Assembly: GCA_965248755.1 (NCBI GenBank)
Contig: OZ252149.1
Span: 2,496,001-2,560,000, forward strand
Direction of reading: 5' to 3'
DNA from: Candidatus Latescibacterota bacterium
GTDB taxonomy: Bacteria > Latescibacterota > CBDEFO01
DNA: 64,000 bases
Numbering within the stretch: the first letter of the stretch is position 1; each line of letters starts with the position of its first letter. The translations under genes and the position numbers were made by a program. Below are positions 9,527 through 20,314 of the stretch, piece after piece. The notes beneath the pieces were generated by a model. That model ran no database searches, was not told the origin of the DNA, and worked only from the letters and a program-made list of their open reading frames with translations.

Positions 9527-10873
9527 GGGTGTGTAAGGAAATTTGTGTAAATGGGGAAATGAGTTATATTAGTTGTCCACCATTTACATAAGGAGTTCTT
9601 ACATGGACAAGCTAGACCCGAAGTTGATTGATGAGCTTTTGAAGGATTACAAGAAGCCGGAAGACATAATTGGTGAGGAAGGTCTTTTGAAGCAGTTGAC
9701 GAAGGCGATTCTTGAGCGGGCTCTGGAGTCAGAGCTTACGTATGAGTTAGGCTACGATAAGAGTTCTCCAGAAGGGAGGAACAGCGGTAATTCGCGCAAC
9801 GGTAGGAGCACAAAGGGATTGAAGACAGATTATGGTGATCTGGAGATATCGGTGCCACGGGATCGGAACAGTCAGTTTGATCCGCAGATAGTGAGGAAGG
9901 GGCAGAGGCGATTTACAGGCTTTGATGATAAGATACTGTCTATGTATGCCCGAGGGATGACCACACGTGATATACAGGCTCATTTGGAGGAGATATACGG
10001 TGTAGAGGTGTCCCCTGATTTGATATCGACTGTGACCGATGGGATCATATCAGAGGTGAAGCAGTGGCAGGATCGTCCTTTGGAAGGGGTGTATCCCATA
10101 GTATTCTTTGATTCTCTGGTGATGAAGATTAGAGACGAAGGCCGGATCGTAAACAAGGCGGTGTATCTTGCGGTAGGGGTCGGTCTGGATGGGATGAAAG
10201 ACGTTTTGGGTATCTGGATTGCAAAGAGCGAGGGGGCGAAGTTCTGGCTGCAAGTTTTCACGGAGCTTAAGAATCGGGGGATGAACGATGTGTTGATAGC
10301 TTGCGTGGATGGTCTCCAGGGTCTTCCAGAGGCTATTGAATCCGTATTTCCCCAAGCAGAGGTCCAGCTCTGTATTGTCCATGTGGTGAGGAATTCCTTG
10401 AAGTTCGTGTCGTATAAGGACCATAAGAAGATTGCCGCCGACCTCAAGAATATATACCGAGCCCCCACGGTAGAACAGGCTGAAGAGGCCCTTGGAGATT
10501 TTCAGGAGGCTTGGGACAGCCGTTATCCGATGATAAGTAAATCGTGGCAGAATAACTGGTCTCGGATCATCCCGTTTTTCGCCTACTCTGAAGAGATCCG
10601 AAGGGTGATCTATACCACAAACGCCATCGAATCGCTTAATAACTCTCTACGGAAAGTAATAAAGAACAGAAATAGCTTCCCAAACGACGAGACAGCGATT
10701 AAGTTACTCTATATGACACTCAAGAATATCAAGAAAAAATGGACGATGCCGATCAGGAACTGGAGCTTGGCCATTCACCAATTCTCCATCCACTTCGAGG
10801 GGAGATTTGGTATAGAATAAGCCGAAAAGGGTACAGAAGAAAATCCCATTTACACAAAAAAACTGACAGACCC
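9527..10873 (+). mobile_element. IS256-family insertion sequence, copy 1 (1347 bp)
   Basis: Imperfect TIRs GGGTGTGTAAGGAAATTTGTGTAAATGGG / CCCATTTACACAAAAAAACTGACAGACCC around a transposase; near-identical to copy 2. Confidence 0.92.
9573..10820 (+). CDS. IS256 (Mutator) family transposase; likely start ATG 9603
   Basis: RNG..VPRDR, YPIVFFD, CVDGL, QLCIVH, YTTNAIESLN. Confidence 0.95.
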   Translation: MSTIYIRSSYMDKLDPKLIDELLKDYKKPEDIIGEEGLLKQLTKAILERALESELTYELGYDKSSPEGRNSGNSRNGRSTKGLKTDYGDLEISVPRDRNSQFDPQIVRKGQRRFTGFDDKILSMYARGMTTRDIQAHLEEIYGVEVSPDLISTVTDGIISEVKQWQDRPLEGVYPIVFFDSLVMKIRDEGRIVNKAVYLAVGVGLDGMKDVLGIWIAKSEGAKFWLQVFTELKNRGMNDVLIACVDGLQGLPEAIESVFPQAEVQLCIVHVVRNSLKFVSYKDHKKIAADLKNIYRAPTVEQAEEALGDFQEAWDSRYPMISKSWQNNWSRIIPFFAYSEEIRRVIYTTNAIESLNNSLRKVIKNRNSFPNDETAIKLLYMTLKNIKKKWTMPIRNWSLAIHQFSIHFEGRFGIE

Positions 10874-10875
10874 TT

Positions 10876-11039
10876 CTTATAGCTTCAACTTTGGGTATTT
10901 TGATCCCCATTGTTTTCAAAAAGCTGGGCGTAGATCCCGCTGTGGCCTCAGGGCTTCGATAACCACAGCAAACGATGTTCTGGGGTTGTCTATCTATCTG
11001 TCTCTGGCTACAGCTATGCTCAGACATTTTAACCCTTAA
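10876..11039 (+). pseudogene. mgtE: 3' remnant of magnesium transporter MgtE, frameshifted
   Basis: Manual translation LIASTLGILIPIVFKKLGVDPAVASG / ITTANDVLGLSIYLSLA matches the MgtE C-terminal DPA..SGP.ITT..D motif; abuts the IS256 right end. Confidence 0.75.
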
Positions 11040-11133
11040 AGTTGCTTTTGTGAGATAAGTGTATGGGCTCATTTGGAGCCACTACTTGTGTTTTTATCGA
11101 CGCATATTGTAAAGATGACACCAGCTTGAAGTT

Positions 11134-11775
11134 CTAAGGAGCGACAGTATTGGCGAACACGTCGATGTCCACTTTGATGTGTTCATCTAACTTAAGGATT
11201 ACCATCGAGGGAACTTTGATGTTATAGTCTGAAAGCTTTATGATAAAAGTGCCCTCGACTCGCATTAAATCCCCGGGAAGCCTTAAGCGCGTCGTTTCGC
11301 TCTCCTTGAAGTAGGTGACCTTTAAGTCCATCTGCTGTTTACGCTTGACACCGTGGAGTTCAAATGTTCCCTCAGCTACAAGATCTACTGCCTCCTGATC
11401 CGCCAGGGCGTCTTTGGAGGCTGAAATGACCTTATCCAGCGTAAATATAACCTTGGGGAATTTATCGGTCTCAAGGTATTTATCCCGCATGTGCGCATCT
11501 CTTAGGTCTATTCCTGTCTTCATGCTGGCTAAATTGACCTCGAACCTGGCGGAAGTCCGATCCTTGATGTTCATCGGATTGACTTTAATATCCCCTGTGA
11601 TCTGATTGGTAACCCCAACGATCGTCTCCAAAGGAGCGTGGGATTCAAATCTCATCACGTTCCGCCCTACCTTGTCCTGAGCGTAGAAGGTGGTGGGACC
11701 AGCCAGAACTGTTGAGGATAATATCAAATATAGGAGTGCGCTGAAGAATAGAGTCCTAAAGATGATTTTTCTCAT
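11134..11775 (-). CDS. YceI-family secreted protein
   Basis: Signal peptide; KTGIDLRDAHMR..YLETDKFP, GTFELHGVKR, SDYNI. Confidence 0.9.
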   Translation of the reverse strand: MRKIIFRTLFFSALLYLILSSTVLAGPTTFYAQDKVGRNVMRFESHAPLETIVGVTNQITGDIKVNPMNIKDRTSARFEVNLASMKTGIDLRDAHMRDKYLETDKFPKVIFTLDKVISASKDALADQEAVDLVAEGTFELHGVKRKQQMDLKVTYFKESETTRLRLPGDLMRVEGTFIIKLSDYNIKVPSMVILKLDEHIKVDIDVFANTVAP

Positions 11776-12135
11776 ATTTACCTCCTTAGAGAGTTGATGG
11801 TTTTTTACCTATCTTCTTGCGGAATTAAGATACGAAATTATAGCAACAGAGTCAATAGAAAAATCGTGTGATCGTCTATCACCTCCCTGTCATTAGTAAA
11901 GGTAAGGAGGCGCTTGACGAAAGTGCGATCATGTGACCGAAGATCGGGAAAGCTTATGTGAATTTGGCTTGACAAAATTTGGCGATAGAATAAATTTAGA
12001 CTTTAAGCTGCTGTTCTTAATCTTTAGATGGGGTTATCTGCTGATATTTCGAGTCAAGCGGAACATCCGCCGCGATAGCAGATTAAGGATCTTTCCCTGG
12101 TGGCTATGATAGTGAAGGGAGGCAGATGAGATAAT

Positions 12136-13095
12136 ATGTCGGATCTTTACTTGGGTGTCGATTTAGGCGGGACGAATGTGTGCTCGGCTCTGTTAGATGA
12201 GGATGGGAATATATTGGGGAGAGATAAGAGACCGATGCTATTTGATTTGGGCGTGGACAGAGCGATAGAGACGATGATTGCGAGTATGAAAAACGCCCTG
12301 AAGGACGTAAGATATAAGGTCTCCGATTTAAAGGCGATAGGGATAGGGTCTCCCGGCCCTTTGAATCCGTTTACGGGTGTGATAATAAACGCTGTCAATT
12401 TGCCGGGGTTTCGGAATTTACCCTTAAAGGCAATCATGGAAGAGGAATTTGGGGTTCCCGTAGCGGTGGACAACGATGCCAATGTAGTGGCCCTCGGGGA
12501 ACAGTGGAAAGGCGCTGGAAAGGGTGTCAAAAATTTTCTGTGTGTCACGCTGGGGACAGGCATAGGAGGAGGAGTCATATCTGACGGAAACCTTTTGAGA
12601 GGGTTCAACGGCAACGCCGCTGAAGTTGGTCACATAACCGTAGATTACAATGGGCCTCGGTGCAACTGTGGAAATTATGGGTGCGTTGAGGTGTACGCCT
12701 CTGCGACGGCGATGGTCAGGAGGACTATAGAAAAGATGGAAAAAGAAAAGCCGGACACAAGTTTGAAGGAGGCGCAAAAGATCACAACTGAGGAGATATT
12801 CAAGGCGGCAAAGGCGGGCGACAAGTTCGCTTCGGGTATGTTTAAGGAAACAGGAAAGTTTTTGGGCATCGGCATCGTGAGTATGATAAACGTGCTGAAC
12901 GTTGAAGTAGTGGCGATAGGGGGAGGTTTGGCGGGAGCGGGGGACCTGATATTTGAGCCGGTCAGGGAGGTCGTTCTGGAACGGGGAATCTTAGGTGTTA
13001 AGGAAAAAGTCCGGATTGTCCCTGTGGAGTTGGGGGATGACGCTCCGCTTCTGGGAGCGGTGAGGTTGGCTATGGAAGGGGGAGCCTCTGCTTAG
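12136..13095 (+). CDS. ROK-family sugar kinase (glucokinase-like)
   Basis: GVDLGGT, DNDAN, TLGTGIGGG, EVGH, CNCG..GCVE. Confidence 0.92.
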   Translation: MSDLYLGVDLGGTNVCSALLDEDGNILGRDKRPMLFDLGVDRAIETMIASMKNALKDVRYKVSDLKAIGIGSPGPLNPFTGVIINAVNLPGFRNLPLKAIMEEEFGVPVAVDNDANVVALGEQWKGAGKGVKNFLCVTLGTGIGGGVISDGNLLRGFNGNAAEVGHITVDYNGPRCNCGNYGCVEVYASATAMVRRTIEKMEKEKPDTSLKEAQKITTEEIFKAAKAGDKFASGMFKETGKFLGIGIVSMINVLNVEVVAIGGGLAGAGDLIFEPVREVVLERGILGVKEKVRIVPVELGDDAPLLGAVRLAMEGGASA

Positions 13096-13153
13096 GGGTT
13101 TTGGATCTATATGTGCGGCGGCTTTAATTCTTGTTCTGTCGGGGAATGCGGAA

Positions 13154-13555
13154 GTGCTGGCTCAGCCAGAAAGCTCCGAAGCGGATACAGCCATAAAGAT
13201 CAAGTCTCCGACAGGCGCGCTCCTTAGATCTCTGGTAGTCCCGGGATGGGGACAGTTCTACAACCAGAAGCACATAAAGACTGGCTTGGTGGCCACAGCT
13301 GAGATTTCTCTCCTTGCGGCGGCTATCGTCAGGAATAATCAGGCACAGCAGAGCGCGTCCTTGGCTGAAAAGGACTCTTTGAAAGAGAGCAGAAATACTT
13401 TCTTTATTTGGCTTATGGGAACGGTTCTCTACAGCATCATAGACGCCTACGTGGACGCCCATTTATACGACTTTGAGGAGAAAAAAGGCGAAGGGGTTGA
13501 GGTTTCTGTAGATATAAGGGGAGCAGGTTTAGCGATTCGGATGGATTTCTACTGA
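13154..13555 (+). CDS. DUF5683-like membrane protein; hydrophobic leader extends in frame to about 13088
   Basis: KSPTGALLRSLVVPGWGQFYN and IIDAYVDAHLYDF. Confidence 0.75.
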   Translation: MLAQPESSEADTAIKIKSPTGALLRSLVVPGWGQFYNQKHIKTGLVATAEISLLAAAIVRNNQAQQSASLAEKDSLKESRNTFFIWLMGTVLYSIIDAYVDAHLYDFEEKKGEGVEVSVDIRGAGLAIRMDFY

Positions 13556-13593
13556 CCATAAAAAAGCACAGTGAGTATCTTCCCAATGTGCTT

Positions 13594-14940
13594 GGCTGTG
13601 TAAGGAAATTTGTGTAAATGGGGAAATGAGTTATATTAGTTGGCCACCATTTACATAAGGAGTTCTTACATGGACAAGCTAGACCCGAAGTTGATTGATG
13701 AGCTTTTGAAGGACTACAAGAAGCCGGAAGACATAATTGGTGAGGAAGGTCTTTTGAAGCAGTTGACGAAGGCGATTCTTGAGCGGGCTCTGGAGTCAGA
13801 GCTTACGTATGAGTTAGGCTACGATAAGAGTTCTCCAGAAGGGAGGAACAGCGGTAATTCGCGCAACGGTAGGAGCACAAAGGGATCGAAGACAGATTAT
13901 GGTGATCTGGAGATATCGGTGCCACGGGATCGGAACAGTCAGTTTGATCCGCAGATAGTGAGGAAGGGGCAGAGGCGATTTACAGGCTTTGATGATAAGA
14001 TACTATCTATGTATGCCCGAGGGATGACCACACGTGATATACAGGCTCATTTCGAGGAGATATACGGTGTAGAGGTGTCCCCTGATTTGATATCGACTGT
14101 GACCGATGGGATCATATCAGAGGTGAAGCAGTGGCAGGATCGTCCTTGGGAAGGGGTGTATCCCATAGTATTCTTTGATTCTCTGGTGATGAAGATTAGA
14201 GACGAAGGCCGGATCGTAAACAAGGCGGTGTATCTTGCGGTAGGGGTCGGTCTGGATGGGATGAAAGACGTTTTGGGTATCTGGATTGCAAAGAGCGAGG
14301 GGGCGAAGTTCTGGCTGCAAGTTTTCACGGAGCTTAAGAATCGGGGGATGAACGATGTGTTGATAGCTTGCGTGGATGGTCTCCAGGGTCTTCCAGAGGC
14401 TATTGAATCCGTATTTCCCCAAGCAGAGGTCCAGCTCTGTATTGTCCATGTGGTGAGGAATTCCTTGAAGTTCGTGTCGTATAGGGATCGTAAGAAGATT
14501 GCCACCGACCTCAAGAATATATACCGAGCCCCCACGGTAGAACAGGCTGAAGAGGCCCTTGGAGATTTTCAGGAGGCTTGGGACAGCCGTTATCCGATGA
14601 TAAGTAAATCGTGGCAGAATAACTGGTCTCGGATCATCCCGTTTTTCGCCTACTCTGAAGAGATCCGAAGGGTGATCTATACCACAAACGCCATCGAATC
14701 GCTTAATAACTCTCTACGGAAAGTAATAAAGAACAGAAATAGCTTCCCAAACGACGAGGCAGCGATTAAGTTACTCTATATGGCACTCGAGAATATCAAG
14801 AAAAAATGGACGATGCCGATCAGGAACTGGAGCTTGGCCATTCACCAATTCTCCATCCACTTCGAGGGGAGATTTGGTATAGAATAAGCCGAAAAGGGAA
14901 CAGAAGAAAATCCCATTTACACAAAAAAACTGACAGACCC
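13594..14940 (+). mobile_element. IS256-family insertion sequence, copy 2 (1347 bp)
   Basis: Same TIRs and length as copy 1, same orientation; no target-site duplication seen. Confidence 0.92.
13640..14887 (+). CDS. IS256-family transposase; likely start ATG 13670
   Basis: Differs from 9573..10820 at roughly ten residues. Confidence 0.95.
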   Translation: MATIYIRSSYMDKLDPKLIDELLKDYKKPEDIIGEEGLLKQLTKAILERALESELTYELGYDKSSPEGRNSGNSRNGRSTKGSKTDYGDLEISVPRDRNSQFDPQIVRKGQRRFTGFDDKILSMYARGMTTRDIQAHFEEIYGVEVSPDLISTVTDGIISEVKQWQDRPWEGVYPIVFFDSLVMKIRDEGRIVNKAVYLAVGVGLDGMKDVLGIWIAKSEGAKFWLQVFTELKNRGMNDVLIACVDGLQGLPEAIESVFPQAEVQLCIVHVVRNSLKFVSYRDRKKIATDLKNIYRAPTVEQAEEALGDFQEAWDSRYPMISKSWQNNWSRIIPFFAYSEEIRRVIYTTNAIESLNNSLRKVIKNRNSFPNDEAAIKLLYMALENIKKKWTMPIRNWSLAIHQFSIHFEGRFGIE

Positions 14941-15177
14941 TGCGCAGATGGGATTATTTCTATAGACGGTGCAACTGCTCTTTAGTTCCCCCGATCTCAC
15001 CTTAGTAAAAAAGTTCAAGTTATCGGCCCTTTATCGCTCTACTTTTCATCTTCCTCCAAGTACCTGGCCCCAACATTGTGGGGCCCACAACAACACTTGC
15101 ATCTATCACAACCCGGAAGGAAAAGTGCTCCACCTCAACAGTGATCGTATTCTCCCCGATGAAGCGTTATCTGGAAC

Positions 15178-16806
15178 CTATCTCATCAATACCAGTTTTC
15201 TCGTCTGAACTAATCTATCTGTTTTCATCCGATACAGATAGCTTCCGCTGGCAAAGCCCTCACCGTCATCCTATTCTCCATCACCAGAATTTGAGCCTTC
15301 TCCGCCATCTTCTCCTTCCCCATCATCTTCTCCTTCTTCCTCCTCTGGTCCTTCTTCAATTTCAGCTAACTCCTGGTTATCTTCGTCATCTACGTCATCT
15401 ACACCATCGTTATCATCGTCATTGTCTTCGTCGTCGTTTATGCCGTCATTGTCATCATCCTCGTCATCCACATCTGACAATCCGTCGTTGTCATTATCCC
15501 CATCAAATTCATCTTCAACTTCTTCTTCTATCTCATTTTTATTTTCATCAAATTCAACCGATGAAAGACTATCTGGAACACCATCATTGTTATCATCAGT
15601 ATCCAACGAATCGGGGATACCATCATTATCATCGTCTTCATCCTGTAAATCTGGGATACCATCATTGTCGTCGTCATCATCATTCACATCATCAATTCCA
15701 TCATTGTCAAAATCGTTATCAATGCAGTTTACTTCTGAATCCAGTATTCCGTCATTGTTGGCATCAGTATCCAACGAATCGGGGATACCATCGTTGTCAT
15801 CATCATCGTCTTCCTCGTCGTTTATACCATCATTATCATCATCTTGATCAATGTCGTCATTTTGGCCGTCATTGTCAAAGTCTGAGGTTTCGCAAGAGGC
15901 AAAATTATCATCTATTCCATCATTATTGGCATCAGCATCCTCCGAATTTGGGATACCATCGTTGTCATCATCATCATCCTGCTCATCCGGTATCCCATCA
16001 TTGTCATCGTCATCATCAATATTGTCTGGAATTCCGTCATCATCGAAATCATCATCAACACCCAAATCATTTTCAAGTTCTCCTTAAAATTCGCTAAATT
16101 CTGCATTTAAGCTGTCCACTTGGGCACTAAAGACATTTTCTAGTGAGTCTAATTCAACATCGCCAGTCTGCTCTGCGAGTTCAGATAGCTCGACTGTTAA
16201 AGTGTCTAACTGTTTTATTTCAGCCCCTAATTGAACGGTGTTGTCATCAAGATTCTCATCACTATTTTCAATGTTTGTTTCTAAGCTGTCAATTAAAACC
16301 TTAACAGTATTACCAGCATAAAGTATCTTTATTCTTCTGACTAAATCAGTAACGTATGGATCATTTCTTGAGATTGCAAATCTAATCAAAGAGTTTAAAT
16401 TAGTTGGGATACTTTCTGAACTTGCCCTCACATTAGTAAATGTGCTTGCTAATTGAATTTTTTCTGTAGAAGAAATTGCTATTGCGATACTAGAGGATCT
16501 AAGTTTCGGTACTTGAATGACTGGCTGATCAGGAATGCCTGTTTTCCCAAAGTTATCCAGAAACATCACAAAGTCGGATAGCCCTACTGCTCCATCGCTA
16601 TCCAGATCAAATGTAGGATCCCAACCGACTGAACTAGTCGTTGTCCCGAACACATCCAGAAAAAGGACAAAATCAGAAAGACCTACTTCATTGTCCCCAT
16701 CAAAATCTCCTACAGGAGGAGCATTGGTGCTGGAAAGATCCTCTGCATAGGCAAGCGCATTCAAAGCGACTAACAGGATCATTGCAACATAGAGTATCCG
16801 CGTCAT
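15178..16806 (-). pseudogene. Secreted dockerin-like/EF-hand + Asp-rich TSP3-like repeat protein with C-terminal sorting-like motif; two in-frame stops
   Basis: ORFs 16084..16806 and 15271..16065 share one frame across a TAA; frame continues past the TAG at 15271 as DDGEGFASGSYLYRMKTDRLVQTRKLVLMR*. Confidence 0.75.
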
Positions 16807-16833
16807 TTTAGCCCTCCTTAGTTACAGATAGAT

Positions 16834-17197
16834 ATAGAACTGGTTGAAACTATTTGAACTAAAGGAATTTCTTGTGTATCTTGGTTGTTTGTAAAGAAAC
16901 TCTACATTCAACAATGGAGGGAACAACCATGAGCACTATACCGACCGAACTGACCCAAGGACAGTTTGAACAACACAATGGGTAGAAGGGCAAGACCCCT
17001 CCTGTGGTCATATGATACTATCTATAGACGCTTCAAGTGTTCTCCGGTTCGCCCTCCTTCTACAAGTTCCTAGGGATCAAGTTTGTGTGATTCATTTCTG
17101 CTTGTTAAGATATACTATGACTCAAGGGATTTCTGTGATCAGAATCACGAATACTGCAATATTTTTGAGAGAAACTGAAATAGTCTCAACTGTTCTC
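16834..17197 (+). mobile_element. Internally deleted IS5-like element / MITE
   Basis: Left ATAGAACTGGTTGAAACTATTT, right AAATAGTCTCAACTGTTCT (imperfect inverted); RBS + MSTIPTELTQGQFEQH transposase-like stub at 16929. Confidence 0.55.
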
Positions 17198-17740
17198 GAT
17201 CTCCCCCGATCTTAATCTTTCCAAAAGACCCGATCTCACCTGCGTGAAGAAGTCCAGAGCCATATCCGTCAGATAGTCTGGATACGTCCACTCAAACGGC
17301 TCAAATTTTCCGTGTACGTAACTCAGGGTCATTTCGCCGAATATACCGTCGGCTATGTACAGCCGATGCGAAAAATCCTTGGTCGAGGCCAGAACGAGTT
17401 TCGAAGGGCAGACATATCCGGGGTCTATATTGACCCGTCTTTTTATGCCATCATAAGTTTTGATCCCGAATTCATCTTCTATCTTGTTCGTAGCAGTCTT
17501 AATTCTGGACAGGTCGCTCATATCTATAAGATCTTTGAAGCACACGAAGCACTTAGTCAATCCGCTCCCCATCTCCTTGTCGTAATACGAAGTGTGAGTA
17601 ACCGGGAAGACGGGACTTTCCATCCACAGGGGACCGAACATCTCTGTGAGCCGCTCTTTTGCCACTTCCTTCACCGACACATCACAAGCCATAATAGCGG
17701 CAATAAGCACTGCTGGATCAGGATTTCTGTTCTTGCCCAC
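17186..17740 (-). CDS. DUF4416 family protein
   Basis: TSYYDKEMG..RRVNIDPGY..LVLASTKDFSHRLYI..WTYPDY. Confidence 0.88.
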   Translation of the reverse strand: MGKNRNPDPAVLIAAIMACDVSVKEVAKERLTEMFGPLWMESPVFPVTHTSYYDKEMGSGLTKCFVCFKDLIDMSDLSRIKTATNKIEDEFGIKTYDGIKRRVNIDPGYVCPSKLVLASTKDFSHRLYIADGIFGEMTLSYVHGKFEPFEWTYPDYLTDMALDFFTQVRSGLLERLRSGEIENS

Positions 17741-17762
17741 TTTTATCGTCCCGGTTTTTTAC

Positions 17763-17791
17763 TTGATTTTGGCTCCAAGATCGAGTATAAT
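17763..17791 (+). promoter_or_regulatory. Candidate sigma70 promoter for hemL
   Basis: TTGATT-17 bp-TATAAT, 67 bp upstream of the start. Confidence 0.5.
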
Positions 17792-17858
17792 AAACTTCAA
17801 TAAATGTCAACAATGCAATGATAAGCTATTCCTTTAAATTACGCAAGGAGGAACACCT

Positions 17859-19151
17859 GTGGGAGAAAAATCCGGGCAGATGTTCGAAGAGGCTAAGAAG
17901 TATATTCCGGGAGGCGTGAACAGCCCCGCCAGAGCCTTCGGCCCCGTCGGCTGTGACCCGATATTCATCGAAAGAGGAAGCGGCTCGAAAGTCTACGACG
18001 TGGATGGAGTAGAATACATAGACTATATATGTTCGTGGGGCCCCCTGATAGCGGGTCACGCTCATCCCAAAGTTGTGGATGCGCTCAAGGATGCCTGCGG
18101 GAGGGGGACGAGTTTCGGTGCTACTACTCAAATAGAGACAGAGCTTGCGAAATTTATTGTGGAGTCCGTTCCTTCTATAGACATGGTCAGAATGGTGAAT
18201 TCAGGCACAGAGGCTACAATGGCGGCCGTGCGTCTAGCCAGGGGCTACACAGGAAGGGATAAGTTAATAAAGTTCGAGGGGTGTTATCACGGACATGCCG
18301 ACTCCTTTCTGATCAAGGCAGGATCGTCGGCTGCGACCCTGGGAGCGCCCGACAGTCCGGGCGTAACGCAGGCTACGGCAAAGGACACCGAAATCGTTCC
18401 GTTTAATGACATAGAAGCCGTGGAGACCGCAGTTGAAGCTTCAAATGGGAATATAGCAGCCATCATCGTGGAACCGATAGCCGGAAACATGGGCGTTGTC
18501 TCCCCTAAAGAAGGGTTCCTTGAGAGATTGAGAGAGATGACAGAAGAAGAGGGGGTCATCCTGATATTTGACGAGGTTATTACGGGCTTCAGGGTGAGCT
18601 TAGGCGGCGCTCAGGAGCTATACGGAGTTATCCCCGATTTGACCTGCCTGGGTAAGATAATAGGAGGGGGCCTCCCTGTCGGAGCTTACGGAGGCAGCAG
18701 GGACATTATGCAAAATGTATCCCCTTTGGGGGTGAAGGTCTTCCAGGCGGGAACCCTTTCGGGGAATCCATTAGCCATGACGGGAGGCTACGAGACCCTA
18801 AAGCTCGTAATAGAGGAAGGGTCGTACGAACGGCTTGAAAGCAAGGCGTCCGAGCTTTGTGAGGGATTTGAGGAGAACATAAGAAAGCTCGGGTTCAATC
18901 TGACCTTAAACCGAGTAGGCTCGATGTTCTGCCTCTATTTCACGGATCAAGAAGTAATAGATTACGCCTCTGCTTCCACATCAGATACCGACAGGTTCGC
19001 CAGGTACTTCAGGTCGATGCTCAAGCAGGGTATCAGCATCGCTCCTTCTCAATTTGAGGCGGGCTTCGTATCTTTGGTTCACACTGATGACGACATAGAA
19101 AAGACTATAGAGGCCAACTATAACGCCTTGAAGGCAGCAGACAGTATATAG
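17859..19151 (+). CDS. hemL: Glutamate-1-semialdehyde 2,1-aminomutase
   Basis: [55 protein letters not shown]. Confidence 0.97.
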   Translation: MGEKSGQMFEEAKKYIPGGVNSPARAFGPVGCDPIFIERGSGSKVYDVDGVEYIDYICSWGPLIAGHAHPKVVDALKDACGRGTSFGATTQIETELAKFIVESVPSIDMVRMVNSGTEATMAAVRLARGYTGRDKLIKFEGCYHGHADSFLIKAGSSAATLGAPDSPGVTQATAKDTEIVPFNDIEAVETAVEASNGNIAAIIVEPIAGNMGVVSPKEGFLERLREMTEEEGVILIFDEVITGFRVSLGGAQELYGVIPDLTCLGKIIGGGLPVGAYGGSRDIMQNVSPLGVKVFQAGTLSGNPLAMTGGYETLKLVIEEGSYERLESKASELCEGFEENIRKLGFNLTLNRVGSMFCLYFTDQEVIDYASASTSDTDRFARYFRSMLKQGISIAPSQFEAGFVSLVHTDDDIEKTIEANYNALKAADSI

Positions 19152-19358
19152 TTGACAGCGGACACTACCCTCTCCTCCCTTGAATCCCAGATCGAACCCC
19201 CGATAGATTCAATCGGGGATCGGGGCAGAAGCCCATCGCAATGACTGAAGATACCCATGCCAATGACTGAAGGCAAAAGCAAGAAACGTTATTGCGAGCC
19301 AAGCGAAGCAATCTCGTAGACAGGGTATTCTCCGCTTGTCCACCATAAGAAGAGAAAA

Positions 19359-19736
19359 ATGTTTAATCTAAACCGGAAGGAACAGGTAGCTCTTCTGACC
19401 TTGAGCCTGTCGCTCCTTGTGGGCGGTACTATCTCCTACTTGGATTGGAGAGATCCTTCATATATAGAGGATTTTAGAGTTATCCCCGAGGCAATCCAGC
19501 CGACATCGGACAGCTTAGAGGTACCACCGGATGAGATTGACATTACGATTAACATAAATACGGCCAATTTTGAGCAACTCCAGAGGCTGCCGAACATCGG
19601 GCCTAAACTTGCGGAAAGGATAATAAAGTTCAGAGAACAAAACGGTACCTTCAAATCCGTAGAGGATCTGGATAAAGTAGAGGGCATCGGCTCCAAGACG
19701 ATAGAAAAGCTGAAAGAGTCGGCAAGTATACAATAG
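19359..19736 (+). CDS. comEA: ComEA-like helix-hairpin-helix DNA-binding protein
   Basis: ININTA..LQRLPNIGPKLAERII..F.SVEDL..VEGIG; N-terminal TM. Confidence 0.85.
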   Translation: MFNLNRKEQVALLTLSLSLLVGGTISYLDWRDPSYIEDFRVIPEAIQPTSDSLEVPPDEIDITININTANFEQLQRLPNIGPKLAERIIKFREQNGTFKSVEDLDKVEGIGSKTIEKLKESASIQ

Positions 19737-20314
19737 CGCTACTAACTGGCACACGCGCAAGCCTCTTGTTATTATCCAAAATCCCTGCCATCTGGCAACG
19801 GTGTTGTCCTCAGGTTCGATTTTCTTGTAATCTGAGTAGCACCCAATATTCCCACGGGCCAGTCTTTCGTATCCTTACAGACTTACCAAGAACCTCTCTG
19901 ATTGTACCTTTAGGCCTCCCTGTGCTTAACACTTGTCTAACCTCATCGGTAATCAGAACAGTCGGAGTTGTACGCCGAGTCGCGCCGGAGTTCTGGCCTT
20001 ATTCTCTACGTTTCTTTCTTCCGGCATCTCATCAGACCGCCCCGTCCTAACTTTTCTACGTCCATCTTTTACACTGAATCGATAAGATAACCGAATCTTG
20101 CACAGGCATTGCCTCTTGGAACCGAAGTGACGGCACAAACATTGTAGGATAGGCTGACTCTACGCCATGTAGTCGTAGCTGATATATCACGACGGGTCTG
20201 GAGATATAGTATCTTTCATAATACTTCGTATATGCTGAGAACTTAAACATGTTGCCGTTTAGAGTGGCTTTCCCTCGAGTAGTAGAGGAACACGGAACAT
20301 AAGACTCTGCACTA

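Noticed and set aside
9527..14940. Bona fide composite transposon
   Set aside because: Outer flanks show no target duplication and the cargo looks like resident housekeeping DNA
15605..15790. AATCGGGG matches here and inside IS256 (about 10272, 14339) as palindrome copies
   Set aside because: Only one arm is present; explained by GIPDS and KNRG codons
15078..16097. His-rich (339 aa) and Ser-rich plus-strand ORFs
   Set aside because: Antisense shadows of the GAT/GAC-rich Asp repeat gene
15178..16806. Genome-wide stop-codon reassignment
   Set aside because: TAA and TAG end many conserved genes at expected positions, for example the IS256 transposase, mlaE and tupA
19740..20313. Short ORFs as genes
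   Set aside because: Fragmentary, in conflicting frames and unrecognisable; left unassigned
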